The notes: a model not told the origin generated them from the letters alone. Shown: positions 1 to 10,001, counted from the first letter of the stretch. The stretch is DNA of 64,000 nucleotides from Chitinophagaceae bacterium (GCA_019638475.1 JAHBTR010000006.1:59391-123390); one strand, 5' to 3'. Numbers and translations are program-made.

Positions 1-47
1 ATGAGACATGATATAAGAGGAATTTTAAAAAATGGCATTAGCTAATA

Positions 48-80
48 TGAAAGAAAGGGTGTAGTTGAGAACCTACACCC
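48..80 (-). terminator. Intrinsic terminator downstream of fumC
   Basis: gggtgtag (57-64) pairs perfectly with ctacaccc (73-80). On the minus strand it is followed by tttcttt, about 30 nt after the fumC stop. Confidence 0.6.
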
Positions 81-109
81 AGTAAACATTTTAATCACTC
101 CTTCTTATA

Positions 110-1519
110 CTATTCTTTTATTTCTCCAACCATATTGGCAGGAATAACCCATTCATCAAATTGCTCTGCTGTTAAATAGCCTAAAGTAATAGCAGTTTCT
201 TTTAATGTGCTGCCATTTTTATGAGCAGTTTGCGCTATTTCTGCTGCTTTGTAATAACCAATTTTTGTATTTAATGCAGTTACCAACATCAAACTATTAT
301 CTACATGTTTTTTAATATTTGCTTCTAATGGTTCTATACCTACGGCACATTTATCATTAAAACTTACACAACCTTCTCCTATTAAACGAGCACTATGCAA
401 AAAGTTATAAATCATAACAGGTTTAAATACATTTAATTCAAAATGACCAGTACTACCACCAATATTAATAGCAACATCATTGCCCATTACTTGTGCTGCA
501 ATCATGGTCAATGCTTCACATTGTGTAGGGTTTACTTTACCTGGCATTATTGAACTTCCAGGTTCATTATCTGGTATAAAAATTTCTCCAATACCACTAC
601 GTGGTCCACTTGATAACATTCTTATATCATTAGCAATTTTCATTAAACTTACTGCTACTGTTTTCAATGCTCCATGAGCTTCTACAATAGCATCATGAGC
701 AGCTAATGCTTCAAATTTATTTTCGGCTGTAATAAAAGGCAAACCTGTTAAAGCTGCAATATGTTTGGCTACTGTAACATCATAATTTTTTGGTGTATTA
801 ATTCCTGTACCAACAGCAGTGCCTCCTAAAGCAAGTTCACTTAAATGTGCTAAAGAATTTTTTATGGCTTTTAATCCATGCGTTAATTGAGATGCATAAC
901 CACTAAACTCTTGCCCTAATGTAAGAGGTGTAGCATCCATAAAATGTGTACGACCAATTTTCACCACTTTCATAAATGCTTTACTCTTTGCTTGTAAAGT
1001 ATCTCTTAATTTTTCTATACCAGGGATGGTAGTTTCTGCCAACATTTTATAAGCTGCAATGTGCATAGCAGTAGGAAAAGTATCATTGCTACTTTGGCTT
1101 TTATTTACATCATCGTTAGGATGAATAAATTTTTCTTTGTCTGTAAGGCTGCCTCCATTATTTACATGTGCTTTATAAGCTACTACTTCATTTACATTCA
1201 TATTGCTTTGTGTGCCACTACCTGTTTGCCAAATTACCAAAGGAAATTGGTCGTTTAATGTTCCTGCTAAAATTTCATCACATACTGTAGCTATGGCATT
1301 TTTCTTTTCATCTGCTAAAACACCCAATTCGTTATTGGCTAATGCTGCTGCTTTTTTTAAATAAGCAAATGCAGTGATAATTTCTTTGGGCATTTTATTA
1401 ATATCCTGTGCTATTTTAAAATTTTCAATACTTCTTTGGGTTTGAGCACCCCAATAAACATGAGCAGGAACTTTTACCTCACCCATAGTGTCTTTTTCTA
1501 TTCTGTATTCCATATTCAT
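110..1519 (-). CDS. fumC: Class II fumarate hydratase
   Basis: 469 aa. Has the [11 protein letters not shown] signature (GSxxMxxKxN) and an N-terminus typical of FumC ([20 protein letters not shown]). Confidence 0.95.
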   Translation of the reverse strand: MNMEYRIEKDTMGEVKVPAHVYWGAQTQRSIENFKIAQDINKMPKEIITAFAYLKKAAALANNELGVLADEKKNAIATVCDEILAGTLNDQFPLVIWQTGSGTQSNMNVNEVVAYKAHVNNGGSLTDKEKFIHPNDDVNKSQSSNDTFPTAMHIAAYKMLAETTIPGIEKLRDTLQAKSKAFMKVVKIGRTHFMDATPLTLGQEFSGYASQLTHGLKAIKNSLAHLSELALGGTAVGTGINTPKNYDVTVAKHIAALTGLPFITAENKFEALAAHDAIVEAHGALKTVAVSLMKIANDIRMLSSGPRSGIGEIFIPDNEPGSSIMPGKVNPTQCEALTMIAAQVMGNDVAINIGGSTGHFELNVFKPVMIYNFLHSARLIGEGCVSFNDKCAVGIEPLEANIKKHVDNSLMLVTALNTKIGYYKAAEIAQTAHKNGSTLKETAITLGYLTAEQFDEWVIPANMVGEIKE

Positions 1520-1530
1520 AAAATTTTTTG

Positions 1531-1538
1531 CAAAGGTA
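1531..1538 (-). promoter_or_regulatory. Candidate Bacteroidetes -7 promoter box for fumC
   Basis: The minus strand reads TAccTTTG (consensus TAnnTTTG), 12 nt upstream of the ATG. Confidence 0.4.
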
Positions 1539-1685
1539 GGGTTGAGAGTTGGAAGTTGTGAGATGTTGTAGTGTACAAAACATTCATGGTTTGTTTTTCT
1601 TCACATTCTTTTTCTTGTTAGCTTTTATATGGATTAGCTAAGGGGGAAGATGTTGTATAAATATGTCAACATTTGTTATCTACGT

Positions 1686-2912
1686 CTAATTATTTAATAA
1701 AAAACTGTGTAGCTGCCAAGCCTGTATATGCTTTATTCCCTTGTTTTGAGGAAACTGTACTTCATCTAACGAAACCACTATTTTTTCATAATTATCTTTT
1801 ATGGCTTCAAGCGAAGCATATTCTCTGTTTATGGTAGCTTTATCAAGCAATAAATAGGCACTTTGTACATACATTAATCTATCTGCTTTTTTTGCTACAA
1901 AATCTATTTCTTTATTAAGCATTGCTCCTACAAAAACCTTGTAACCTGCATGTAGAAGTTCCAAATACACTAAATTTTCCAACATATATCCAACACCATA
2001 GCCAAAACCACTATACAAATAATTTTTATAAGAAAGGTCATTGCTGTAATACTTACAATTACCAGAAATGGTTTCTTTTCCTTTTATGTCGTAACGTTCT
2101 GCTTTATGAATTAAAAATGTATCTTCAATGTAATTGATATAGTTAGCAACTGTGTCGTAAGTAGTTTTTCTTCCTTTGCTTTTGAAATAATTGGCAATAT
2201 TATTTACAGATAACAAATTTGAAGCGTTGTTTACCAGATATACAAAAATATCTTCCAACAGTTTAGGGTCTTTTATAGCATATCGTTGTATAATGCCTCT
2301 AAGCAAAACAGTATCTTTTACAGAAGCTGTATAATGCCGTTTGGTTTCTTCATCAGGCAATACAAACAGTTCGGGCAAACCGCCACTTTCCATATAACTG
2401 ATATAGGTTTGTCTATTTATTTCTTGGTGAGTTATGTTTGCATATTCTACAAAACTGAAAGGAAAAATTTCAAAGCTGACATACCGACCTGAAAGCAATG
2501 TAGCCAACTCTCCTGAAAACATTTTTGAATTAGAGCCACTTATATATAACTCATAATCTTCTGTAAAATCTTGAGAATAGGAGTTTACAAATCGTTCCCA
2601 TTCTGCTATGTTCTGTATTTCGTCAATGAATAGGTATATCTTTCCTTTGGGTTTTAGCTTTGCCTTGTACAGTTTTACTAATTTTTCCAAATCCTTGTAA
2701 TGGGTTATAAAATCAAAGTCAATAAATTCTTTGTTGATGTAAAAAATATTTTTAGGGTGTACGCCATTTTTAATAAAATAGTGTGCTATCTGCCTTAGAA
2801 GATAATTTTTTCCTGAACGTCTTTGACCTACTAAAACCTTTATCAGTTTGTTATTGCTGTAATTCAGTATATTATTTGTATAAGATTCACGCAAAAAGCC
2901 AAGTTGTGGCAC
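1686..2912 (-). CDS. AAA+ superfamily ATPase with DUF4143-type C-terminal domain (COG1373-like)
   Basis: 408 aa. Walker A-like GQRRSGKN, Walker B-like YLFIDEIQ, and a C-terminal EIDFVAKK motif typical of this family. Confidence 0.75.
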   Translation of the reverse strand: MPQLGFLRESYTNNILNYSNNKLIKVLVGQRRSGKNYLLRQIAHYFIKNGVHPKNIFYINKEFIDFDFITHYKDLEKLVKLYKAKLKPKGKIYLFIDEIQNIAEWERFVNSYSQDFTEDYELYISGSNSKMFSGELATLLSGRYVSFEIFPFSFVEYANITHQEINRQTYISYMESGGLPELFVLPDEETKRHYTASVKDTVLLRGIIQRYAIKDPKLLEDIFVYLVNNASNLLSVNNIANYFKSKGRKTTYDTVANYINYIEDTFLIHKAERYDIKGKETISGNCKYYSNDLSYKNYLYSGFGYGVGYMLENLVYLELLHAGYKVFVGAMLNKEIDFVAKKADRLMYVQSAYLLLDKATINREYASLEAIKDNYEKIVVSLDEVQFPQNKGIKHIQAWQLHSFLLNN

Positions 2913-3060
2913 ATTCCCATTCTAGAAATTGTATTTTTCTAATGATTTAAAATTTTCTTCCATACTTGAATTTTTACACAAAATAGATAAATTTTCTTCT
3001 ACACTCTAAAATTCTATCCCTACATTTTGTATATCATATTGTAAAAAATAAATAAGTAAC

Positions 3061-3106
3061 AAGGCTGATTGTAGCCCTAATTTTTGGGCAAATAGTACTA
3101 ATCAGC
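3061..3106. repeat. Small hairpin repeat (aaggctgattgta...taatcag), family member 1
   Basis: gctgatt (3064-3070) pairs with aatcagc (3100-3106), with an inner gccc/gggc hairpin. The same 13-nt left arm and 7-nt right arm recur at 55434-55469. Confidence 0.5.
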
Positions 3107-3120
3107 ACAAACTATTCGTG

Positions 3121-3128
3121 TACATTTG
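3121..3128 (+). promoter_or_regulatory. Candidate -7 promoter box for the GNAT gene
   Basis: TAcaTTTG matches TAnnTTTG, about 70 nt upstream of the start. It is followed by the 13-bp palindrome ttcgtaatacgaa (3134-3146). Confidence 0.4.
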
Positions 3129-3198
3129 TATAGTTCGTAATACGAAAACAGATTTTTTATTTTCAAAATCATGATTATCTTGTAAGCTATTAATACGA

Positions 3199-3639
3199 TT
3201 GCTTATGGCTTTAAAAATAATTGACCATAATTCTGATGAATATAAGCAAATGGTAGATATGCGTTATAACATACTACGCAAACCATTAGGGCTTCAATTT
3301 TCTGATGAAGAGTTGGCTAAGGAAAAAGAAGATATTTTAATTGGCTGTTTTGATGATGGCAAATTAGAAGGCTGTTGTTTACTAACTAAAGCAACTGAAG
3401 ATAATACTTTGCGTTTAAGGCAAATGGCTGTATTGAGTGGTTTGCAAGGAAAAGGCATTGGTAAAGTATTGATGTTTTTTGCAGAAAATATTGCCAGAGA
3501 TAAAGGCTTTAAAAAAATAACTATGCATGCCCGAAAAAATGCAGTAGGCTTTTATAAAAAATTAGGTTATCAAATCTTGGGCAATGAGTTTATTGAATTA
3601 TCAATACCTCATTTTATGATGGAGAAAAATTTGATGTAA
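3199..3639 (+). CDS. GNAT family N-acetyltransferase
   Basis: 146 aa. Acetyl-CoA binding motif region RQMAVLSGLQGKGIGKVLM. TTG at 3199 or ATG at 3205. Confidence 0.8.
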   Translation: MLMALKIIDHNSDEYKQMVDMRYNILRKPLGLQFSDEELAKEKEDILIGCFDDGKLEGCCLLTKATEDNTLRLRQMAVLSGLQGKGIGKVLMFFAENIARDKGFKKITMHARKNAVGFYKKLGYQILGNEFIELSIPHFMMEKNLM

Positions 3640-3658
3640 TAGTGATTAATGCTACCAA

Positions 3659-5002
3659 TTATTGCTTCTTAACTTCATATAAATCTTCTTTAGAAACAAC
3701 TTTAATTAAATCTCCTTCTTTTAAAGTTTTGCTAAGTAAGCTATAAGGACCTGTTACTACTTCATCATTTTCTTGCAGTCCACTTATAATTTGTATATAA
3801 TCTACATCTTGTACAGCCGTAGTTACTTTTACTTTTTTAATGGTATTATTGGCTTGTTTTACAAAAACAATTTCTTGTATTTCGTTGGTGTTGTTTGATG
3901 GGTGGTTATTTTCTGTACTATCTTTTTTATTAGTAGTATTGTCTTTAGCATCTCTTGTTGTAACAGCAGATAATGGTACAGACAAAACATCTTTAACTGT
4001 TTGTGTTTGTATATCAGCAGTTGCACTCATATTGGGTCTAAAAGGAAATGGTTTACCTGATACTACTAAATCTTTATAGCTTTCTTTTAATAGTCTTACA
4101 TGTACTTTATAATTAGCAACTTCATTGCTTGAAACACTGGACACATTTGTTGTAACTGTTGGATTGGCTATTTTAAAAACTATTCCTTTAAATTTTCTGT
4201 TTCCATAAGCATCAATAGTTACAATAGCTGTATCTCCATAGCTTACTTTAGGTATATCATTTTCGCCAACATCAACAATAGCAACCATACTATTCAAATC
4301 TGCAATACGCATCATTTCTGTACCAATGCTAAAACTATTCCCTGCTACACGTTCTCCTTTTTTTACATTTAACACATTTACTACCCCATCCATTGGAGCA
4401 GTAATAATAGTACGTCCAATATCTTTATTAGCTCTGCTTAAATTGGCTTGAGCACTTTGTATAGCAGCTTTATTTCCTTTTAAACTTTCTTTAGCTGCAT
4501 TATAATTAGCCAATGCTGATTGATATGCTTGTTCTGCTTGTTCAAATTCTGCTTTTGAAATTACTTTTTCGTTGTATAATTTTTTTTGTCTTTCATAGTT
4601 TGCTTTTGCTTGGTTAAAAGTTGCTTCAATAGCTAATAATGCTGCTTTTGCATTAGCATCGGCTGCTTCACTTTGTGCTACACCAGCAGCAGCTTGGTCT
4701 CTTTGAGAGGCATAAATATCTGCATAAATTTTGGCTACAATTTGACCTCTTCTTACTGTATCACCTTCATCTACAGAAAGCTCTACAATTTCGCCACTTA
4801 TATCTGGACTAACTTTTACTTCTACTTCAGGAGAAATTTTTCCACTGGCTGTTACTGTTTCTATAATAGTGCGTTTGGCTACTTTTTCTACAGATACTTT
4901 TTTTCCTTCTTCTTTGCCTATAATTCCTTTTTTCTTCAATACTATTAACAATATGATTACTGCTAATAATCCTACAATTATCCATATCAATTTCTTATTC
5001 AT
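3659..5002 (-). CDS. Efflux transporter periplasmic adaptor (HlyD/MacA-like membrane fusion protein)
   Basis: 447 aa. N-terminal TM anchor, biotinyl-lipoyl-like segment (SGEIVELSVDEGDTV), and a long coiled-coil rich in A/Q/K. Confidence 0.85.
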   Translation of the reverse strand: MNKKLIWIIVGLLAVIILLIVLKKKGIIGKEEGKKVSVEKVAKRTIIETVTASGKISPEVEVKVSPDISGEIVELSVDEGDTVRRGQIVAKIYADIYASQRDQAAAGVAQSEAADANAKAALLAIEATFNQAKANYERQKKLYNEKVISKAEFEQAEQAYQSALANYNAAKESLKGNKAAIQSAQANLSRANKDIGRTIITAPMDGVVNVLNVKKGERVAGNSFSIGTEMMRIADLNSMVAIVDVGENDIPKVSYGDTAIVTIDAYGNRKFKGIVFKIANPTVTTNVSSVSSNEVANYKVHVRLLKESYKDLVVSGKPFPFRPNMSATADIQTQTVKDVLSVPLSAVTTRDAKDNTTNKKDSTENNHPSNNTNEIQEIVFVKQANNTIKKVKVTTAVQDVDYIQIISGLQENDEVVTGPYSLLSKTLKEGDLIKVVSKEDLYEVKKQ

Positions 5003-5020
5003 ACCACTACATTTATTAGT

Positions 5021-6475
5021 TTATAATTTTAAGCCTTGTCCTTTATAAAATTCAAGCAATTTCATTCTAAATACATAATCAAAATGATTGTTTAATCTTG
5101 TTAGTTTGGCTTGTAATAAATTATTTTGATTGGTTATTAAATCTAATGTAGTAATTAATCCTACATCATATCTTTTTTTAGCATAGTCATACGTTCTTTC
5201 TGCTGTTTCTACAGTTTTTTGACTGGCATTAAATCTTTGTAAAGCAGCTATTGCATTGTTGTAAGCTAAATAAATATCTTGTTCTAATTTTTGCTTAGAT
5301 TGTTCTATGGCAATTTCTGTTTGTCTTAATTGTAGTTTGCTATTTTCATAATTTAGTTTAGCACTGCCATTATTAAAAATGGGTATATTGATTTGGAAGC
5401 CTAAATTTTGACGAAAGTTATTGTTTAATTGTACGCCATAACCATCCCACATTTCACTAAAAGATTTTTTTCCTTGTGTTATTTGAAGGCTTGGCTGATA
5501 TATCAAATAATTAGTACCACCTACAGTAACATAATCTCCTGTTGGCACACCTGCTCCAAGAGTTACACTTTTAATTTTATTAGTACTATTGGCAAAGTTT
5601 GTTCCTAAGCCTCCTCCAAAAGTAATGGTAGGATACATATTTGCTTTAGCAGATTTTACAGCATAAGCAGCACTTTTATTTCTTAACTCAGCTACTTTTT
5701 GTTGAGGCATAGATGTTAAAGATAATTGCAATACAGCAGCAGGTTCTAATTCTGCCAAAGGTTCTAAAGGTATTTTATCTAAAGAAGGTGTTTCAATATC
5801 AAAAGGAGTAGCCATACCAATATTTAGCAATGCTTTTAAGTTTAGCACATTTTGGTCATAGTTACTAATAGCATTGAAGTAGTTAATACTATCCGATGCA
5901 AGTCTTGATTCTAATTCTGCTGCATTCAATTCTGGCAATGCACCTGCATTTACTTTTTTTCTGGTATTAATTAATTGTTCTGTTGTAGATTCTATTTGTT
6001 TTTGTGCAATTTCTATTTGTTGTTTACTACTTAATGCAGCCAAATAATAAGTACATACATTTAAAGCTATATCATTGGCTGCTCTTTCAATATCTGCAAC
6101 AGCAGCTTTTGTAGCATAATCAGATGATGTAATATTATTTTTTAATCTTCCCCAGTTGTATAAAACAATACCTGTACTAAAATTAAAATTATTAAACAAT
6201 AATTGTGTAGTTGTAAATTGATTGGTAGTAGGGTCAACAGAACGACCAAACTGCATACCAATACCAGTATTAAAATTGGCAGTAGGATAAATGGCTAATT
6301 TATTTGCTTGATGCTGAAGAGCAGTAATTCTTGCCTGAACTTCTGTTTGTTGTACAGAAATATTGTTCTTCATGGCATAATCTACCATCTTTCTTAAATC
6401 CCATTTTTCTGGTGTTTGTTGAGATATTGCTACACCAAAAGTGCAACAAGCTATAAGGGTAAAAAATTGCTTCAT
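5021..6475 (-). CDS. TolC family outer-membrane efflux protein
   Basis: Signal peptide MKQFFTLIACCTFGVAISQ and a two-repeat OMF architecture. The ORF-track start (TTG at 6484) was trimmed to the ATG at 6475. Lies 18 nt upstream of the adaptor gene. Confidence 0.85.
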   Translation of the reverse strand: MKQFFTLIACCTFGVAISQQTPEKWDLRKMVDYAMKNNISVQQTEVQARITALQHQANKLAIYPTANFNTGIGMQFGRSVDPTTNQFTTTQLLFNNFNFSTGIVLYNWGRLKNNITSSDYATKAAVADIERAANDIALNVCTYYLAALSSKQQIEIAQKQIESTTEQLINTRKKVNAGALPELNAAELESRLASDSINYFNAISNYDQNVLNLKALLNIGMATPFDIETPSLDKIPLEPLAELEPAAVLQLSLTSMPQQKVAELRNKSAAYAVKSAKANMYPTITFGGGLGTNFANSTNKIKSVTLGAGVPTGDYVTVGGTNYLIYQPSLQITQGKKSFSEMWDGYGVQLNNNFRQNLGFQINIPIFNNGSAKLNYENSKLQLRQTEIAIEQSKQKLEQDIYLAYNNAIAALQRFNASQKTVETAERTYDYAKKRYDVGLITTLDLITNQNNLLQAKLTRLNNHFDYVFRMKLLEFYKGQGLKL

Positions 6476-6615
6476 AAAAAACAAAAATAATAGAAACCTT
6501 GCAACCTTTATAAATTTTACGTTAAAAATTAATAAACGGCAAAAAACTATCTACATTAAAGTAAAATGGTGGTTTATATGTTTACTGAAACTTATGTATA
6601 AATAACATTATTTTT

Positions 6616-7731
6616 ATGCCAATGAAAAATATTGTTCCTCTTTTTTTAAGAAAAGAAACCAATGGTGCAGTCATTAAAGAAATTGATGGACTACGTTTTA
6701 TTGCTATTGTAGCGGTTGTATTAAGTCATTTTAATTTACAAGTTATTAAACTTAGCCCTTATGAAACAGATTTTGTTTACAGCAATGCCTTAGCCCTATT
6801 TTTAGAATTGGGTGGTTATGGTGTAAGAATATTTTTTTGTATTAGTGCATTTATTTTATCTATTCCTTTTATACAATATTTGCTGTACAAGCAAGAAAAA
6901 GTAAACCTAAAAAAATATTATGTAAGAAGATTAAAAAGATTAGAAATTCCTTACTTGCTTGTATTAATTATTTTATTGCTTTTTAGAATTTTTGTACAAG
7001 GCGAATTTTGGAAAGAAGAATTACCTCACTTTTTTAGTAGTGTTTTTTATAGTCATAATATTATTTATGATAGAAGAAGCACCATTAACCCTGTAGCTTG
7101 GACATTAGAAATAGAAATACAGTTTTATTTACTACTTCCTTTATTGCTTAAATTGTTTATTATAAAAAATGTATCATTAAGAAGAATTTTATTAATAGCT
7201 TCTATATGTATAACAGGCATTATTTATGCAATATTTGAAAACTTTTTTATAGCAGCACATTTACAATATTCTATTGTGCCATACTTTCCAGTATTTTTAT
7301 TAGGCATTTTATTGGCTGATATTTATTTGAGCAATGCTTCTATATTAAAAGAAAAATCTTTTTTGTGGGATGTGTTGGGTGTAGTGGGTTTTTTATTCAT
7401 CATTTATTTTGCAGGATATCCTATTTTTTATAAGCAATGCATAGAGTATATAGGTTATGTATTATTGTTTACTGGTGTATTTAAAGGCATAGTTTTAAAC
7501 AACATTTTTACCAAAAAAATTATTATGGCGATTGGCTGTATGTGTTATTCTATTTACTTATTGCACTATGCACTTATAGCATTTATAGCGCAACACATAA
7601 CAACTTCATTATTCCAATTTCATTACTACAAAGATTTGATTATACAAGGCATTATTGTATTGCCATTGGTATTACTTGTTTGTAGTATTTTTTATTTATT
7701 GGTAGAAAAACCTTTGATAAAAAGAAGGTAG
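6616..7731 (+). CDS. Acyltransferase family 3 integral membrane protein
   Basis: 371 aa and about 10 TM segments. N-terminal EIDGLRFIAIVAVVLSH motif typical of acyltransferase_3. Confidence 0.8.
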   Translation: MPMKNIVPLFLRKETNGAVIKEIDGLRFIAIVAVVLSHFNLQVIKLSPYETDFVYSNALALFLELGGYGVRIFFCISAFILSIPFIQYLLYKQEKVNLKKYYVRRLKRLEIPYLLVLIILLLFRIFVQGEFWKEELPHFFSSVFYSHNIIYDRRSTINPVAWTLEIEIQFYLLLPLLLKLFIIKNVSLRRILLIASICITGIIYAIFENFFIAAHLQYSIVPYFPVFLLGILLADIYLSNASILKEKSFLWDVLGVVGFLFIIYFAGYPIFYKQCIEYIGYVLLFTGVFKGIVLNNIFTKKIIMAIGCMCYSIYLLHYALIAFIAQHITTSLFQFHYYKDLIIQGIIVLPLVLLVCSIFYLLVEKPLIKRR

Positions 7732-7904
7732 TATAGACAATGGTATTTTCTTTCCCAACATCTTCCCTTATGTTTTTTTAATAATACCGAAAGTATATCT
7801 GTAATCCCGATTACATTGGGAAACAACTATTGTATCGGCATTGTTTACTTCCGTTTGTACGAAAATACCAAATCGTTTAGGACTAAATTATATATCAAAT
7901 TAGC

Positions 7905-7938
7905 ATAATAAAAAACCACCCTTTGTAAGAGTGGTTTT
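7905..7938 (-). terminator. Intrinsic terminator after tRNA-Phe
   Basis: aaaaccac (7912-7919) pairs with gtggtttt (7931-7938). On the minus strand a T-run follows immediately after the tRNA 3' end. Confidence 0.55.
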
Positions 7939-7939
7939 G

Positions 7940-8012
7940 TGGTGTGGGGCGGGATCGAACCGCCGACACAAGGATTTTCAGTCCTTTGCTCTACCTACTG
8001 AGCTACCGCACC
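7940..8012 (-). tRNA. tRNA-Phe (anticodon GAA)
   Basis: The reverse complement folds as a cloverleaf. D stem gctc/gagc, anticodon stem aagga/tcctt with loop ctGAAaa, T arm ggcgg-ttcgatc-ccgcc. One C-A mismatch in the acceptor stem. No encoded CCA. Confidence 0.9.
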
Positions 8013-8167
8013 TTTGGTTTCTTTTGGGCTGCAAATATAATGGCTAATCATAATTTGCAAAAAGAATTTATCTATTATAAGCCATAATATTTTTTAAAGT
8101 CCGTATTTTTATTATTCTCACTACACTAAAAAATCTTTACTATTCCTTTATTTAAGCATCTTTTTCC

Positions 8168-8914
8168 TTATTCCTCTTCATCTGAGGTTTCTTTCTTAAA
8201 AAATCTGTAAGGGTTTGGTAAGCCCATTTTATATGCTTCATAACATTGTTGAATATAATAACCAAACTCTAAATCATTTAGTGTAGTTAATAAATCATAA
8301 TCAGGTCTATATTTTTCCATAAAAGAATCTAATGCTGGAGAGGCTAATCCTGTTAATTTTATTACCAATATTTTCTTAAACCTATAATCTATGTATTTAT
8401 CTTTTTCTTGCTGTTTTAATCTTCTTTGCAGTGCTAATAATTGTCTTGTTCTTTTAAACCTAAACATATTAATAAACTCTATCAAATCAATTCCTACAGT
8501 TGCCCCTGGTGTAGTATTATAACCAGCAGGGGCTGGTGTTAATTGCAAGGATGGTTTCTTAAAGCTAAAATATTTTGCATAATCTTTTCTATTTTGAATA
8601 GAATCTAATCTATAATTTTTATTTCTTACAGTAACACTTGGTAGTTTAGCTGCAGAAACATGAATCATTATATCAAAATTGAGTGTATTGGCTATCGTAT
8701 CTACTGCATATTTAAAAGTAGTTTTTCCAATTAATGAAAACCAAATAGAATCGGTACTTTTTACCTTTATAGAATATCTGCCTAAAGAGTCTGTTATTGT
8801 TCCATTGCCAGATGTACTCAAAACTGCTACAGCTTCTAATGGGCGTTGTGCAGTTATATCATATACAGTACCACTTACTGTAGTATATTGTGCATGAGAT
8901 ATAGCAAACCCCAT
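8168..8914 (-). CDS. Hypothetical secreted protein with carboxypeptidase-regulatory-like N-terminal domain
   Basis: 248 aa. TVSGTVYDITAQRPLEAVAVLS...TDSLGRYSI resembles CarboxypepD_reg beta-sandwich domains. The remainder is unassigned. Confidence 0.55.
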   Translation of the reverse strand: MGFAISHAQYTTVSGTVYDITAQRPLEAVAVLSTSGNGTITDSLGRYSIKVKSTDSIWFSLIGKTTFKYAVDTIANTLNFDIMIHVSAAKLPSVTVRNKNYRLDSIQNRKDYAKYFSFKKPSLQLTPAPAGYNTTPGATVGIDLIEFINMFRFKRTRQLLALQRRLKQQEKDKYIDYRFKKILVIKLTGLASPALDSFMEKYRPDYDLLTTLNDLEFGYYIQQCYEAYKMGLPNPYRFFKKETSDEEE

Positions 8915-9055
8915 TAAAAAAACAAAAAATGTAACTACTTTTTTAATAACTGCTCAATTTTTTTGTAATATTAAAATAGTAAACCCAAAAAAACTTCAAC
9001 AGTATATTTTATTAACTGTTTTTTAGATTACTATACCTTTGGAAAAATTTTTTTT

Positions 9056-10000
9056 ATGCTTTTTCCTTCGCCTGTTAGTGCTACAAATATTGCTCAACTT
9101 ATTGAAGCAAAAATATTAGGTAATAAAGATGCCTTTGCTATGGGTATTAACGAAATTCATAAAGTAGCAGAAGGAGATATTTGTTTTGTTGACCATCCTA
9201 AATATTATGATACATGTTTAAATAGCCATGCTACATTTATTATCATCAATACAACTGATGTAGTAATACCAGAAGGAAAAACTTTATTGGTAGTAGATGA
9301 ACCATTTGAGGCTTATTTAACTATTGTAAGACATTTTAGACCTTTTACACCACAACACACTGCTATTAATCATACTGCAAGTATTGGAGAAGGAACAGTA
9401 ATAATGCCCAATGTGTTTATAGGTAATCATGTAAAAATTGGTAAAGATTGTATTATTCATCCCAATGTTACCATAGCTGATTATACAGAAATTGGCAATC
9501 ATGTAATTATACAATCTGGAACAGTAATTGGAGGGGATGCTTTTTATTATAATACCAAAAAAACAAGAGATGTTTGGTATAAAAAAATGGAAAGTTGTGG
9601 CAATGTAATGATAGAAGATTATGTAGAAATTGGTGCAAACTGTACTATTGATAGAGGTGTTACTGCATCTACCATTATAGGAAAAGGTACTAAGATGGAT
9701 AATATGATTCATATAGGACATGATGTTGTAGTAGGTAAAAATTGCTTGTTTGCTGCACAAGTAGGCATTGCAGGAGCTACTGTTATTGAAGATGGTGTAA
9801 CACTTTGGGGGCAAGTAGGTGTAAACAAAACAATAACCATTGGTGCAAATGCAGTAGTAATGGGACAAAGTGGTGTTACAGCATCTTTACAAGGAGGCAA
9901 AGTATATATGGGTTATCCTGCTGAAGATGCTTCTATTAAAAGACGTGAATTGGTTTGGATAAAAAGAATACCTGCACTATGGAAAAAAGTAATGGAATAA
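9056..10000 (+). CDS. lpxD: UDP-3-O-acylglucosamine N-acyltransferase
   Basis: 314 aa. LpxD-type N-terminal domain followed by left-handed beta-helix hexapeptide repeats (IGxxxxI periodicity). Confidence 0.85.
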   Translation: MLFPSPVSATNIAQLIEAKILGNKDAFAMGINEIHKVAEGDICFVDHPKYYDTCLNSHATFIIINTTDVVIPEGKTLLVVDEPFEAYLTIVRHFRPFTPQHTAINHTASIGEGTVIMPNVFIGNHVKIGKDCIIHPNVTIADYTEIGNHVIIQSGTVIGGDAFYYNTKKTRDVWYKKMESCGNVMIEDYVEIGANCTIDRGVTASTIIGKGTKMDNMIHIGHDVVVGKNCLFAAQVGIAGATVIEDGVTLWGQVGVNKTITIGANAVVMGQSGVTASLQGGKVYMGYPAEDASIKRRELVWIKRIPALWKKVME

Positions 10001-10001
10001 T

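Noticed and set aside
9317-9868. 183-aa minus-strand ORF inside lpxD. Similar antisense ORFs lie at 9709-9900, 19865-20290, 21104-21763, 20899-21336 and 22692-23030.
   Set aside because: These are shadow ORFs opposite well-supported genes. The translations are low-complexity (Y/N/I/F/S-rich) with no motifs, as expected by chance in AT-rich or repeat-rich coding sequence.
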